Assembly: GCA_039809385.1 (NCBI GenBank)
Contig: JBDHUY010000002.1
Coordinates: 64,001-128,000 of the forward strand
DNA: 64,000 bases
Source of the DNA: Candidatus Altimarinota bacterium
GTDB taxonomy: Bacteria; Patescibacteriota; Gracilibacteria; JBDHUY01
Direction of reading: 5' to 3'
Below are positions 49,093 to 58,933 of the stretch, in pieces. The position numbers were made by a program, and so were the translations under genes. The notes below the pieces were generated by a model that saw nothing but the letters and a program-made list of their open reading frames with translations, searched no databases and was not told where the DNA came from. Numbering within the stretch: position 1 is the stretch's first letter; every line of letters begins with the position of its first letter.

Positions 49093-52000
49093 TTATTGAA
49101 CAGGCGGTGCAGGCGCAGCCGGAAGAGGGGTGGGAAGTTCGGGATCGGCCTGAATCTGTAGAGACGGATCGAGCTCGTGGGCCGGCTGGTCTTTGGTGTC
49201 GAAAAAATATTCCACGCCGGTCTTTGCCAAAGCCAATGCGTCAACCGCAATAGTACCCGTAACGGCCATTCCGGAGATTTTTTGAGCCTTAGCTAAGTAA
49301 TCTTTGATTTTTGCAAAACCTCCAATATCTTTGGCGAGTGAAACAATGCGAGGAAAAACACCTTCGGCCGCCCGGATGATCTTTTCTGATTTTACACCGG
49401 CTCTCACCAGAGTTTCCCCAAGATTAAAAGCGGCATATCCGGCTACACCGCCAGCACCGGCAGCGGGACTGGTAGCTACACCAAAAAATGTCGACAGTGT
49501 GTCCGTTGCCAAACTATAGGTACCAAATGCGACTCGCGACCAGCGGCTCCATCCCTCGACCTGTTTCCCTGTGACAATTTCTTGTCCTGTAATGACGGTG
49601 TACCAGTCGGATACACCGAAAGGGCTCATGACATCCAGAATAACTTGTAATACATCCAATCCAACTTCTTGAATGATAGATCCCAATTCTTTGACTACTT
49701 TATCCTCCTTTGATTCTTTATTGATATTATATAAATCGAAAGCAACCGTAGCGGCACCTAATACAAGCGCCATTTTACCGCGACCTTTCATTTCGCGCAT
49801 CAGGGCCTTCACCCCTTTGCCTTTGGCCAGGTCTTCAGACAAAACTTGCTGGAATAATTTCTTCTCATCGGCAGTCATGCCGGACACGCTGCGATTGAGT
49901 GATGTAACCGAGCTATTCATGCGGTTACGAATAGATTTCAACTCATCGGAGACCTCTTTCTCAAATATTTTTATCTGATCTAGCGTTGCTCCGTTCGATA
50001 CTATGCGCGTTCTTTCCAACAAAGCTTTTTCCAGGAATATATCGGCTTCCTGGGAAGCGTTTTTTAACGCATTGATCCGCTCCTGCATCGGGAGCCGTTC
50101 AAACGCGTCGGTATCGTGCAAAGTTGAGGAGAGAGATGTTTTCATGGTCTGATAGTCCCGTCCTAATCGACCGGAAGCTCGCAGCTCCTGATCACTCATT
50201 TCCCGCAACATATCATCGGTAATCTCCGCCTGGGTAATGTTGGGGTTGCCGGTATGAGCTTTGGCCTTATCCAGAAGATCGGGGTCGGTTTTCAATCGCT
50301 CCATGTGGTTTTGAACGAGTCTTTTCTCGGTATCGCTAAGAACCTGCGATCCGGGCAAGTTGCTCTGCAAGACGTTCGTCGCTTTGAAGGAATCATCGTT
50401 CAAAGCTTTGGCGAACTCTTGGTCTTTTAATACATCATTTATATTGGTTTTGGCCCAGTTTTTGTATTTTGCCAACTCTTGTTCAAGTGCGGGACTGGGA
50501 GAAAGTTTGTAAGCTTCTTGTAATGACCTTGTACGGGCAGAGATAAAGTTCTTGGCGTATTTCATCTTGAGAAGCTTAAGATCATCCAATGAATAGGCCG
50601 ATGTAGCGTAATTCTTTAGTTTTCCGGCCTTCGTCGTCTCTGCTTCAAGATCTTTCCAGCGAGCATTGAATTTTTCATACTGATTTCTATAATGCTGAGC
50701 CAGATCTTCATAGCCCTGCAAGCGCACTTTGGGATTGCTGAACTTTGCCTGCATCCAGGCGTACGAATCTTGTGGGACTCTGTAGGCACGTTCGGCCATC
50801 CGGATATTGCCTTTCACAAACTCGATGGGGAAGATAAGTCCTTTCCCTACTCCTTTTACCAAAGCTTTCGGTAACGATTCCCCTGCCCTGAGCGCTTTGC
50901 TGCCATCTTTGAGACTGTAATACATAATAAACGGAGCCGTATTGGCTACAGCAACCCCAGCCAGTGCGGTATAACCGTACTCCTGCCCGTCGGTACGCAA
51001 TTGAAGTACATCGCTGATGGTATTGGTAAGTGCGCTCCAGGTGGTAAGGTACAAGGCTTTTACGCCGTCAAATAAGACGACGGTTCCTCCCTGTATGGCG
51101 ATATAAAGACCATCTTCCTCGCAAGCTTCGATCAGATCGGCAGAAAACTCGAACGGATGTTCGGCGATACTGCCGGGCCCGTACGGATATTTTTCGGACA
51201 GTTTTTTAAAACCAGGCTTATCTCCTATCACATTTTTAACGTCACTCCACATATCTTTGCCCATTTGGATATATGGATCCAGTGATTTGAAAACGAAAAG
51301 AGACACGAATTCGGTACTGAGAATATCCTGGGGGATCTCTTCCTTTTTGATCTTCCCGTCCTGATACAGACAGTAGAGTGAAAATATACCCAGCCCAAAC
51401 AGAAACGACTCGGTTTTACATTTTCGTAATAGCAGATACAAGACTCCGGCTTTGGCGCCGGTTTTGGCGATATCGGCAACTTGTCCGGTGACTTCCTGAC
51501 TCGTAAAACCTTCTTTGAGCATATGCATCAGCAGAGTTACTACATTCAGGCTCTCGATATCTTCGCGGGTCGGTACCATGCTCCCGAGCAGCGGAATTTG
51601 CTTGATATCTTCGTAGAATTTACCGGTTTTATCGACGAGATAGCTTTTACTGTTCTGTAAGAATCCGTTCAGCGCTTCTACCAAGGTTCCGTCCTGTAAG
51701 AGAGTGGTGATCTCTTTCCCTATGCCGGTCAAAAATTCCTGGCCGTTAATAACTTTCAGTGTTTCCTGCAGTTCTTTCGGGAAAAAATCGTCGGCTACTG
51801 GGACCGTAATTCCCAGAATCTTGAGCCCGCAATAGACTCCGAAAGCCACGGCAGTATATTTTACACCCTTTCCTGCCACACCGACGGCTTTCTTCCCAAG
51901 CGATGCGGCCAGAAAAGGAGCATCCAATAACTTTTTGCCGATCATGTAGAGCATCACTCCCCCACCAGCAATCCCGGCGGTATTGACGATACCCTTGAGT

Positions 52001-52668
52001 ACTGGCGGGAATGCGAAACCGGGCACTTCTTTGCCTGCCAGGGCAGTACCTACTTTGTCTTCACCCAGTTCTTTTACGACCGTATCGAGGTCTTCCGGTT
52101 TGATGTGATTGAGAACCTCGGCATCGACTCCGACTTTCCCCAACACACCGGCCAATTCGGTTTTACTCGCTTCAAACGATGTTTTGAAACCATCGCTTTT
52201 GATAATTTCTGAACCGGTTTCTTTCAAATCCGCAACGGAGGTGGGTACGGCATCCAGTGTACCGGTGAGTTTTCCCACCCGCTCGGCTGCCGCTTCGACG
52301 CCTAATACTCCCATGGTCGAGCCCAAGATCCATTTCCCCAGATCGTCGGCATAATCCCCAAATATATCGGTAAATCCCAAATATTCGGCCTGGACATATT
52401 CCCATAACAGATTGGTCTTAGCTTCTTTATCAGCTTTGTTTGAAGACATAATGACGCCTGCTGTTTCCATAAACGTCAACTTCAGCGAATCGGCTTTCTG
52501 TTTGACGAGTTCGCCTAGCGTCATGGAGGCTTCGGAGCCGTTTTGAAGTTTCTCGTATTCTTCCTGAACTTTGACCGGATCCAGTACGTTTTTGGCTTCG
52601 ACCAGTTTTTCAGTTTTTTCTTTGAAAGATTTTCCTTTTTCGACGATGGAAGTAATGGGGTTGGACAT
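49093..52668 (-). CDS. large membrane-active protein with pre-toxin TG (PT-TG)-like domain
   Basis: Several Gly/Ala-rich hydrophobic helices. LDVMSPFGVSDWYTVITGQEIVTGKQVEGWSR resembles the PT-TG consensus. Confidence 0.7.
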   Translation of the reverse strand: MSNPITSIVEKGKSFKEKTEKLVEAKNVLDPVKVQEEYEKLQNGSEASMTLGELVKQKADSLKLTFMETAGVIMSSNKADKEAKTNLLWEYVQAEYLGFTDIFGDYADDLGKWILGSTMGVLGVEAAAERVGKLTGTLDAVPTSVADLKETGSEIIKSDGFKTSFEASKTELAGVLGKVGVDAEVLNHIKPEDLDTVVKELGEDKVGTALAGKEVPGFAFPPVLKGIVNTAGIAGGGVMLYMIGKKLLDAPFLAASLGKKAVGVAGKGVKYTAVAFGVYCGLKILGITVPVADDFFPKELQETLKVINGQEFLTGIGKEITTLLQDGTLVEALNGFLQNSKSYLVDKTGKFYEDIKQIPLLGSMVPTREDIESLNVVTLLMHMLKEGFTSQEVTGQVADIAKTGAKAGVLYLLLRKCKTESFLFGLGIFSLYCLYQDGKIKKEEIPQDILSTEFVSLFVFKSLDPYIQMGKDMWSDVKNVIGDKPGFKKLSEKYPYGPGSIAEHPFEFSADLIEACEEDGLYIAIQGGTVVLFDGVKALYLTTWSALTNTISDVLQLRTDGQEYGYTALAGVAVANTAPFIMYYSLKDGSKALRAGESLPKALVKGVGKGLIFPIEFVKGNIRMAERAYRVPQDSYAWMQAKFSNPKVRLQGYEDLAQHYRNQYEKFNARWKDLEAETTKAGKLKNYATSAYSLDDLKLLKMKYAKNFISARTRSLQEAYKLSPSPALEQELAKYKNWAKTNINDVLKDQEFAKALNDDSFKATNVLQSNLPGSQVLSDTEKRLVQNHMERLKTDPDLLDKAKAHTGNPNITQAEITDDMLREMSDQELRASGRLGRDYQTMKTSLSSTLHDTDAFERLPMQERINALKNASQEADIFLEKALLERTRIVSNGATLDQIKIFEKEVSDELKSIRNRMNSSVTSLNRSVSGMTADEKKLFQQVLSEDLAKGKGVKALMREMKGRGKMALVLGAATVAFDLYNINKESKEDKVVKELGSIIQEVGLDVLQVILDVMSPFGVSDWYTVITGQEIVTGKQVEGWSRWSRVAFGTYSLATDTLSTFFGVATSPAAGAGGVAGYAAFNLGETLVRAGVKSEKIIRAAEGVFPRIVSLAKDIGGFAKIKDYLAKAQKISGMAVTGTIAVDALALAKTGVEYFFDTKDQPAHELDPSLQIQADPELPTPLPAAPAPPVQ

Positions 52669-52930
52669 GGGAAAAGGAGAATTACAAATTATTAATTATG
52701 GAATTATTAATGATTTTCAAGTTCAAATGACAAAGCTCAAATTTCAAAATAAACCCGAAATCCAAATATACAATGGTACATGAAGATCGAATACTGAAAC
52801 ATGTGCGATAGAAACTTATGGAAATTTGTAGAAATTTATAGAGATTCATTGTTTTCGTTTCAACTTTTGACATTTGAGCTTTGAAATTATTTTGTCATTT
52901 GGATTTTGAACTTTGACATTCTTGTCTATG

Positions 52931-53248
52931 TTATCTTCCCCCGGCTACTTGCTTGAACTTTTCCATCATCTCCTGTTCGACGACTTTTTGACGGATCAGT
53001 TCTCCCAAAGTTCGCAGGTTTTCGCGAATCAGCGTATCTTTCAGATCAAGCAGAATGTCATATCCCAGTATAGGTAAAGGTTTCACATAGAGCTCTTTTT
53101 TAGATTCGGAGAGGAAGAGCGAATGCCGGATGATTTTTTCCAAAAACTCGCGCATCTCTTCTTTTTTCTTCCGGTCGGTGGTGTCGTACTTTACCGCCTC
53201 GGAGAGCACGGAAATGGTTTGGCGGATGGTTCCTTTGGCGATAGACAT
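52931..53248 (-). CDS. small helical hypothetical protein
   Basis: 105-aa ORF upstream of the PT-TG gene. Confidence 0.7.
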   Translation of the reverse strand: MSIAKGTIRQTISVLSEAVKYDTTDRKKKEEMREFLEKIIRHSLFLSESKKELYVKPLPILGYDILLDLKDTLIRENLRTLGELIRQKVVEQEMMEKFKQVAGGR

Positions 53249-53620
53249 GGGGAAGAAGTTAGTATTTAGTATGGGGTATTATGTATTAGGTATAGGGCAG
53301 GCCAGACTAGGTTGTCATGCCGGCTTGTGCGTGACTTGCTGCAATTGGTCATCCTGGCTTGTCCAGGATCCGGGTAGGGGTTGGACAAGCGTGAATGGGA
53401 ATAGTGTTCGCTGTATTGCCTTGTTAGGATGCGTACTTTTTAGATACCGCTTATGAGAAGATATATCTGAACTGTAGAACGAGGCTGGGACCATTGAGAA
53501 AAGGTATAATGTGCCAATAAAGCTTTCTATCAAGCTACGAGAGTCTAAGGATTCCCCACGCCACGAGGGCGGGGCAGGCGGGCAGGCCAGAATAATAGAT
53601 ACTGTGCTTTACTAACGCTC

Positions 53621-56098
53621 TTAAACCTTCACGAATGCAGCATTTTCTCCTTCGATGGTAATCTGTGATTCTCCCTTAGACATCTTTGTCAAATTGGAGT
53701 CAAAGACTTCTTTTTTTATCTGTGGTTTTTTATCAATCTTTTGATCACCGAAAAGCGGAACACTCACATTTCCCTGAACATGCAGCATGAGTGATCCGTC
53801 ATTCTGAAAAGTTATTTCGGTAATACTTAGGGCACTGCCCAAAGCCTGTAATTGATACGTATTGTTATTCATCGTTAATTTCGAATCACTAAAATTGAAA
53901 ATTCCGACCCGTGACGTCCCCTCAAGAGATACCGCAAATTTTATAGTCCCCGAATTAAACGTCTTTCCTTTCAAACTGTCGAGAGTAACAGCATCCGATA
54001 ACGCCTTGATCTGTTCTCGTTCGCCTGCCGTAGCTTCGTGGTAAATCCAGGAGTTACCGGTTTTTTCGGCGACAAAATAATTCTCGGCAGGTTTTTTGCG
54101 GTGGGCTATAAAGCGGTTCTCGTCCCATTTGCGGTGATCCCATTCGTCATTCATGACCGTCCATTCGTTTTTATCGTATCCGGGTGGAAACTCGCTCGGG
54201 TTCGTTTTTATTTGTAAGTGGGCCAAAATTTCGGTTTCGACTTTGGCGGCATCGAGTTTTTCGACCGGTTTCTCCTTGCTTTCAAGACGGAAGTAATCAG
54301 TAGTGGTGCCGGTAACGCGCCTGGCGTACAACATATTGTTGTGAAAAGAATATTGATACGGTTTGTTGGCGACATTCATCCAGGCAGCATGTTGCTGGGA
54401 CTCCCGGGTCTTCAGGTCGGTAAGTTCATCATTACTGAGAAACGCTTCTTTCTGCAACAGATCGTTTTGCAGCTTTTCGACAGTAAAGTCATTGAGCGAG
54501 GCATACGATATCGCATCGCCTTCTTTTTTGGCAGCCAGCGAGGTGGATTGCACGGTCAGCGGATTTAGTTCCTGGATATTCAAACTTCTGTCGGTTGCAT
54601 CGCTTTTGATCCAAACTTTAAATTGACGCTCTCCCAGCCGAAACAAGAGATTGAAGTATCCGTTTTCCTCGCGAATATTGTTCGCTACGTCTTTATAATT
54701 GAGATGGCCCTGGAGTTTGGCGGCAACGTCTTCGAACAAAAATTCATAGACTTTCTTTTGGGCATCGTTGAGCTTCTCGGCCTCTATCGCCTTACCGGGC
54801 AATTTATCGGCATCCGGCAAGGTTGCATCGAACTTATCGTCCCCCGGGTCGGCTCCGCCGGTCTCTTTATCCAGTCCGAACATTTTAAAAATGCTTTTGA
54901 ACATGGCGCCGATGAACGGGAGTTCTACCAGCGTTTTACGCAAGTCAGCCGGAATCATATTGTTTAACCACGATTTTCCCACGGCAAACACATTTTTTAT
55001 ATCACCGATAAACCCGCGAATCTTGCCCTTGAAATCAGTATTCTCGACCACCTGGTTTTCGCTTTTATCTCCTTCACGCGTCGTTTTTATGACGGGATTG
55101 GGTATGTCAGTGTTGGTTTTGGCTAAAAAAGCATCCAGGCTTTTTCGATCGCGATCATCCTGGACCGTTTTGTCGAGGCGATAGTAATGCGTCGCTTCTT
55201 CACCGTGTTCGTCGTGAACCATGCCGAATACATGGCGCAATTCATGCTGGAGCGTTCTGGCAATATTCTTCGAATCTTGGTTGATATAAATACGACTCGT
55301 TCCATTTTTTTCGGTAACCGTCATGCCGTCAAAGGCTTCTTGTTCTCCATTTTTGAAAAGGTTTTTACCTTGAGGATCGTTTCGGTCTGGCGGCGCCATA
55401 AAAACTGTAACCCGGGCATTCTCGTTTGCTTCGGGCTGCATGATAGCTTCAAAGCGATGTTCTCCCCGCTTTGTTTGTCCGAAAGAAAAAGTCGAAATAT
55501 CCGGGTCTGTGAGCAAGGATTGTAAGCTTTGAGCCGAAGGATCTAACTGGTATTGAACTCCATACACAAATTGCAAGGTAGCATCGTTCCGCTGTCGTAC
55601 GTCAAAAGTATCAAACTGAATGATTTCTTTGGAAACTCCTCGTACACCGAGTGCATAATAACGCCCCTGAGAATCGATACCGTCGATAATCGGTAAGTTA
55701 TTGCGCAAAAAAGCCAGATCCTGGGAAGTCAGATCCAGCTGGAAGGTATTTTTAAACAGCGCGATCAGACTGGTATCGATGATTTGTTGACGTTCTTGCG
55801 GCGACTGAATGCCTTTCAACTTTTCACGCAATTCGGTTTTATACAAAGATTCGATTTCGAGTTTCTGCTGATTGACAAGTTCCTGTTCGACTTGATCTCG
55901 GGATGCCTGTAAGGTAATCGATTGTTTGAGACTTTGAAGTTCGTTTTTCTCAAGGGTAATAACCTGCGCTTTTTCCTGTTCTTTCAAGTCGGTCACTTCT
56001 TGGCGAAAACGCTGATAAATCTCCTTCAAGGCTTGCTTGGGAGCTGTCGTTTGGGCGACCACTTCAGATAATGACTGGGTTTCGGGTTGGGGGGACAT
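53621..56098 (-). CDS. large protein with zincin metallopeptidase motif
   Basis: LQHELRHVFGMVH (HExxHxxGxxH); no signal peptide. Confidence 0.75.
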   Translation of the reverse strand: MSPQPETQSLSEVVAQTTAPKQALKEIYQRFRQEVTDLKEQEKAQVITLEKNELQSLKQSITLQASRDQVEQELVNQQKLEIESLYKTELREKLKGIQSPQERQQIIDTSLIALFKNTFQLDLTSQDLAFLRNNLPIIDGIDSQGRYYALGVRGVSKEIIQFDTFDVRQRNDATLQFVYGVQYQLDPSAQSLQSLLTDPDISTFSFGQTKRGEHRFEAIMQPEANENARVTVFMAPPDRNDPQGKNLFKNGEQEAFDGMTVTEKNGTSRIYINQDSKNIARTLQHELRHVFGMVHDEHGEEATHYYRLDKTVQDDRDRKSLDAFLAKTNTDIPNPVIKTTREGDKSENQVVENTDFKGKIRGFIGDIKNVFAVGKSWLNNMIPADLRKTLVELPFIGAMFKSIFKMFGLDKETGGADPGDDKFDATLPDADKLPGKAIEAEKLNDAQKKVYEFLFEDVAAKLQGHLNYKDVANNIREENGYFNLLFRLGERQFKVWIKSDATDRSLNIQELNPLTVQSTSLAAKKEGDAISYASLNDFTVEKLQNDLLQKEAFLSNDELTDLKTRESQQHAAWMNVANKPYQYSFHNNMLYARRVTGTTTDYFRLESKEKPVEKLDAAKVETEILAHLQIKTNPSEFPPGYDKNEWTVMNDEWDHRKWDENRFIAHRKKPAENYFVAEKTGNSWIYHEATAGEREQIKALSDAVTLDSLKGKTFNSGTIKFAVSLEGTSRVGIFNFSDSKLTMNNNTYQLQALGSALSITEITFQNDGSLMLHVQGNVSVPLFGDQKIDKKPQIKKEVFDSNLTKMSKGESQITIEGENAAFVKV

Positions 56099-56122
56099 GA
56101 TTCGTAAAAGAAAGTTTAACGA

Positions 56123-56995
56123 TTATGCAGCGATTTGATCGGATTTCGCATCAATACGGGTCACATAATTTCGAGTTTCTTCCCGTAAATGAGGATGAAG
56201 CTGGGCATAGGTTTGGGGACGATAGGTACGGATCTTTGCAGCGACTCCATTATGCCCATTGTTATAGCCTGCCAGAGCAAACTTCCAGCGTTCGTCTTCG
56301 GAAGGGGTAATGCCGACAATGCGCAAAGCATTATCGGTCGTATCTTTGACGATCTCTTTCAAATAAAACATGCCCAGCGCAATATTCAATTCGGGATTTG
56401 TGTGCAGAGGATTGCGGGATCTATCACCGGAAAAAAAATCCTGAGGATTGACCGTACCAAACTTTGCTCTCAAATCAGCTGGAAGTTTGGAAAAACATTC
56501 TTTGGCGGTTGCCGGAAGTAACTGACACAGCCCACGGGCATTGGAGCTGCTTACCGCATCGGTGCGAAAGCGGGATTCCTGCCATGCCAACGCCACTGCT
56601 GTTGGAAGAGGAATCCCGAATCTACCGGCGTATTCTTTAAACCACGGCGCATATTTCTCGGGAAGCGTTTCGGAACGAACATCATTGAAATCCCGCTTCA
56701 CCTCTTGTTTGACTTGTTTTTTTTGCTCAGGAGAGAGAGTCGTCTCTTTATCCACTGTTCCCAGTAATTCATTCAGGCTGTCTTCGGAAAATAACTTCTC
56801 AAAGTCCAGTTCATCGCCGGAAAGAACTTTGCCTAAAAAAGCCACCATGATACTCAAAACAGCCGCACCAGACGAATCGGATTTATCGACGTCTTCTTTG
56901 AGGTTTTGCAGTTTTCCTTCGATAAACTGCTGGACCGGCTTAAACGGATTCTTATCGCTCGGTTTCAGCGTTTCTGCGGGATTTTCGACCGACAT
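56123..56995 (-). CDS. lytic transglycosylase (SLT domain)
   Basis: AWQESRF, ARGLCQLLPATA, NIALGMFYL, AGYNNG, ETRNYV. Start at MSVENP. Confidence 0.9.
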   Translation of the reverse strand: MSVENPAETLKPSDKNPFKPVQQFIEGKLQNLKEDVDKSDSSGAAVLSIMVAFLGKVLSGDELDFEKLFSEDSLNELLGTVDKETTLSPEQKKQVKQEVKRDFNDVRSETLPEKYAPWFKEYAGRFGIPLPTAVALAWQESRFRTDAVSSSNARGLCQLLPATAKECFSKLPADLRAKFGTVNPQDFFSGDRSRNPLHTNPELNIALGMFYLKEIVKDTTDNALRIVGITPSEDERWKFALAGYNNGHNGVAAKIRTYRPQTYAQLHPHLREETRNYVTRIDAKSDQIAA

Positions 56996-57546
56996 GATTT
57001 TTTGTTTTATAAAGATAGCTTTTATTCTTTTCATTATACCAAAAAAAGGGCTTGAGTAAAAGCGGTTTTCGAGGAAGATAAAAAGGTGCGTTTTCACACG
57101 AAGCAAAGTGGCAATAGGTCTTAGAACGATATGGTTGTCTGTCACGTTTGCAGTTCTGGCTTGTCCAGAATCCGGAAATGCGTAGGTCATATCAAACCCC
57201 CTTAGTGACGCATACTTCCAAATACAATGAACACCGCACTCGTTCACCACTGCCAAAACCGTAACCGGATTCCGGGCAAGCCGGAATGACGCGAGACAAA
57301 GTTAATTTAACCTTCTCCTCCGACCTCCTAGCCCTCAGTTCAGTGCATGCTTATCAGGGGGAACAAAGCATATATACCGGAGGGCAAGTCTTTGAATTCT
57401 CTGCATTCTGAACTTTCGACTAAGGACTAGGTACTTTGTGCTCTTGCCTTTAGATGACCGTTCTTTTCCCGGGCAGACACGTGGGTCTACCCCAACAGGG
57501 TCTGCGGCTACGGTTTTCCCCAATTCATCATTCATAATTCTGCCTC

Positions 57547-58839
57547 CTATCCCCGGTAGGGCGCCGGCTTCGCGATCCAGGTCACTGGACACGGTTTTTT
57601 ATCGCCGACTTGCTCATGTGAAAGGTTGTATGTTTTGATATTACCAACCTTATTGGCTCCGGGACAACTGGCGATACTGGCCAGACCGGTCGATTCATCC
57701 TCCCAGCCCAGAAAAATGCCGCTGTGATTACCCTTGGCATCAGAACTGTTCTGATTGTTGAGAAAGATCCAGTCGCCGGGTTGCAGCCGACCTCCCCGCA
57801 AATCTTGTACCGAAGGACAGTGATCGCGCGGACAGCCATACCTTCCCGAATAGCCCAGATTACGAAAGACCTCACGATGGGTGAAGCCGGCCGCCTTATA
57901 CACTTTATCAGCCCAATCCCAGCAGTGAGCGCCTCGGAAATTCTCTTTACCCGCCAGACTTTTTGCAGCCAACACGATCTTTTGACCATATTCGGAAGTC
58001 GATTCTAAACTTCTGCGTAGTTCTTCATCGGTAAAGAGGTTCGTACTGGCAAGTGCGGTTTCGTTCAAGCCGGAAGCCCGAAGCTCTTCAAGAAATTTAC
58101 GATCGGCTTCGTTTTCGGCATCCTGATCGTAGAGAGTATAATTGAGATTTTTGGACGCATCGCTACTACGAAACTTCTGTTCAAACGATTGATCTACGTT
58201 GCCAAAAGTTACCATATCTCCGGTAAATATCGGAATATACCCTTGTTTATCGTAAAAGCCGCGATTGGTTTGATTTTGCCCCTTGAGACCCAATCTTCTC
58301 TCACTCGTACGGACTTTGGTACGACTTTTAGCTTTCTCTTGAAGACGGTTCAGTTCTTTAGATGAAAGCGTGTTATCTTCGTCTACATCATAGGTATCGG
58401 GCAATGAAACGCTGATCTGTCGGATGGAAGGAGGCAAAAAGTCGGCGGCGCCGATCTCTTTTTCGGCCGTGTAATGGCCCATAAAATCGATTTTTATGCT
58501 CTTTGTGGCGTCAGGATTTTTGTAAAACTCCTGCATTTGTTCAAAACCGTTCTTCTGAGAATTTCCCTTCTGATCTACCAACTCGGCATACAGATAGAGC
58601 AAGGTTCCTTCGTGGCGGTCTTCGAGTCGTATTAGCTGGTCGGCGCTCAAGTTAAGCTCTTTCACGATATCGCGATTGCCTTTTTTAATCTGATCATGAA
58701 GCTTATCTATGACCCCTTCGTCATATTTCTGCACGATTTCTTGTTTGAGGGCAGTCAGAGCTTCGGAGGGGACAACTGTTTCCTTGCTATTCGCCGGTTT
58801 CTTCACTTCGGAAACCGCCGAGGGTGTTTCTGGAGACAT
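57547..58839 (-). CDS. NlpC/P60/CHAP-like cell-wall hydrolase with unknown N-terminal domain
   Basis: HCWDWADKVY (catalytic Cys), LQPGDWIF, HSGIF (catalytic His). Confidence 0.75.
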   Translation of the reverse strand: MSPETPSAVSEVKKPANSKETVVPSEALTALKQEIVQKYDEGVIDKLHDQIKKGNRDIVKELNLSADQLIRLEDRHEGTLLYLYAELVDQKGNSQKNGFEQMQEFYKNPDATKSIKIDFMGHYTAEKEIGAADFLPPSIRQISVSLPDTYDVDEDNTLSSKELNRLQEKAKSRTKVRTSERRLGLKGQNQTNRGFYDKQGYIPIFTGDMVTFGNVDQSFEQKFRSSDASKNLNYTLYDQDAENEADRKFLEELRASGLNETALASTNLFTDEELRRSLESTSEYGQKIVLAAKSLAGKENFRGAHCWDWADKVYKAAGFTHREVFRNLGYSGRYGCPRDHCPSVQDLRGGRLQPGDWIFLNNQNSSDAKGNHSGIFLGWEDESTGLASIASCPGANKVGNIKTYNLSHEQVGDKKPCPVTWIAKPAPYRG

Positions 58840-58933
58840 AGGCACGAAATCATAAAACAAAAGATGTCTCCTCAGTATATCACAAAAAGTCGTTCAAGAC
58901 CAACTATGGCAACGATTATGAAAGGCCATTTCT

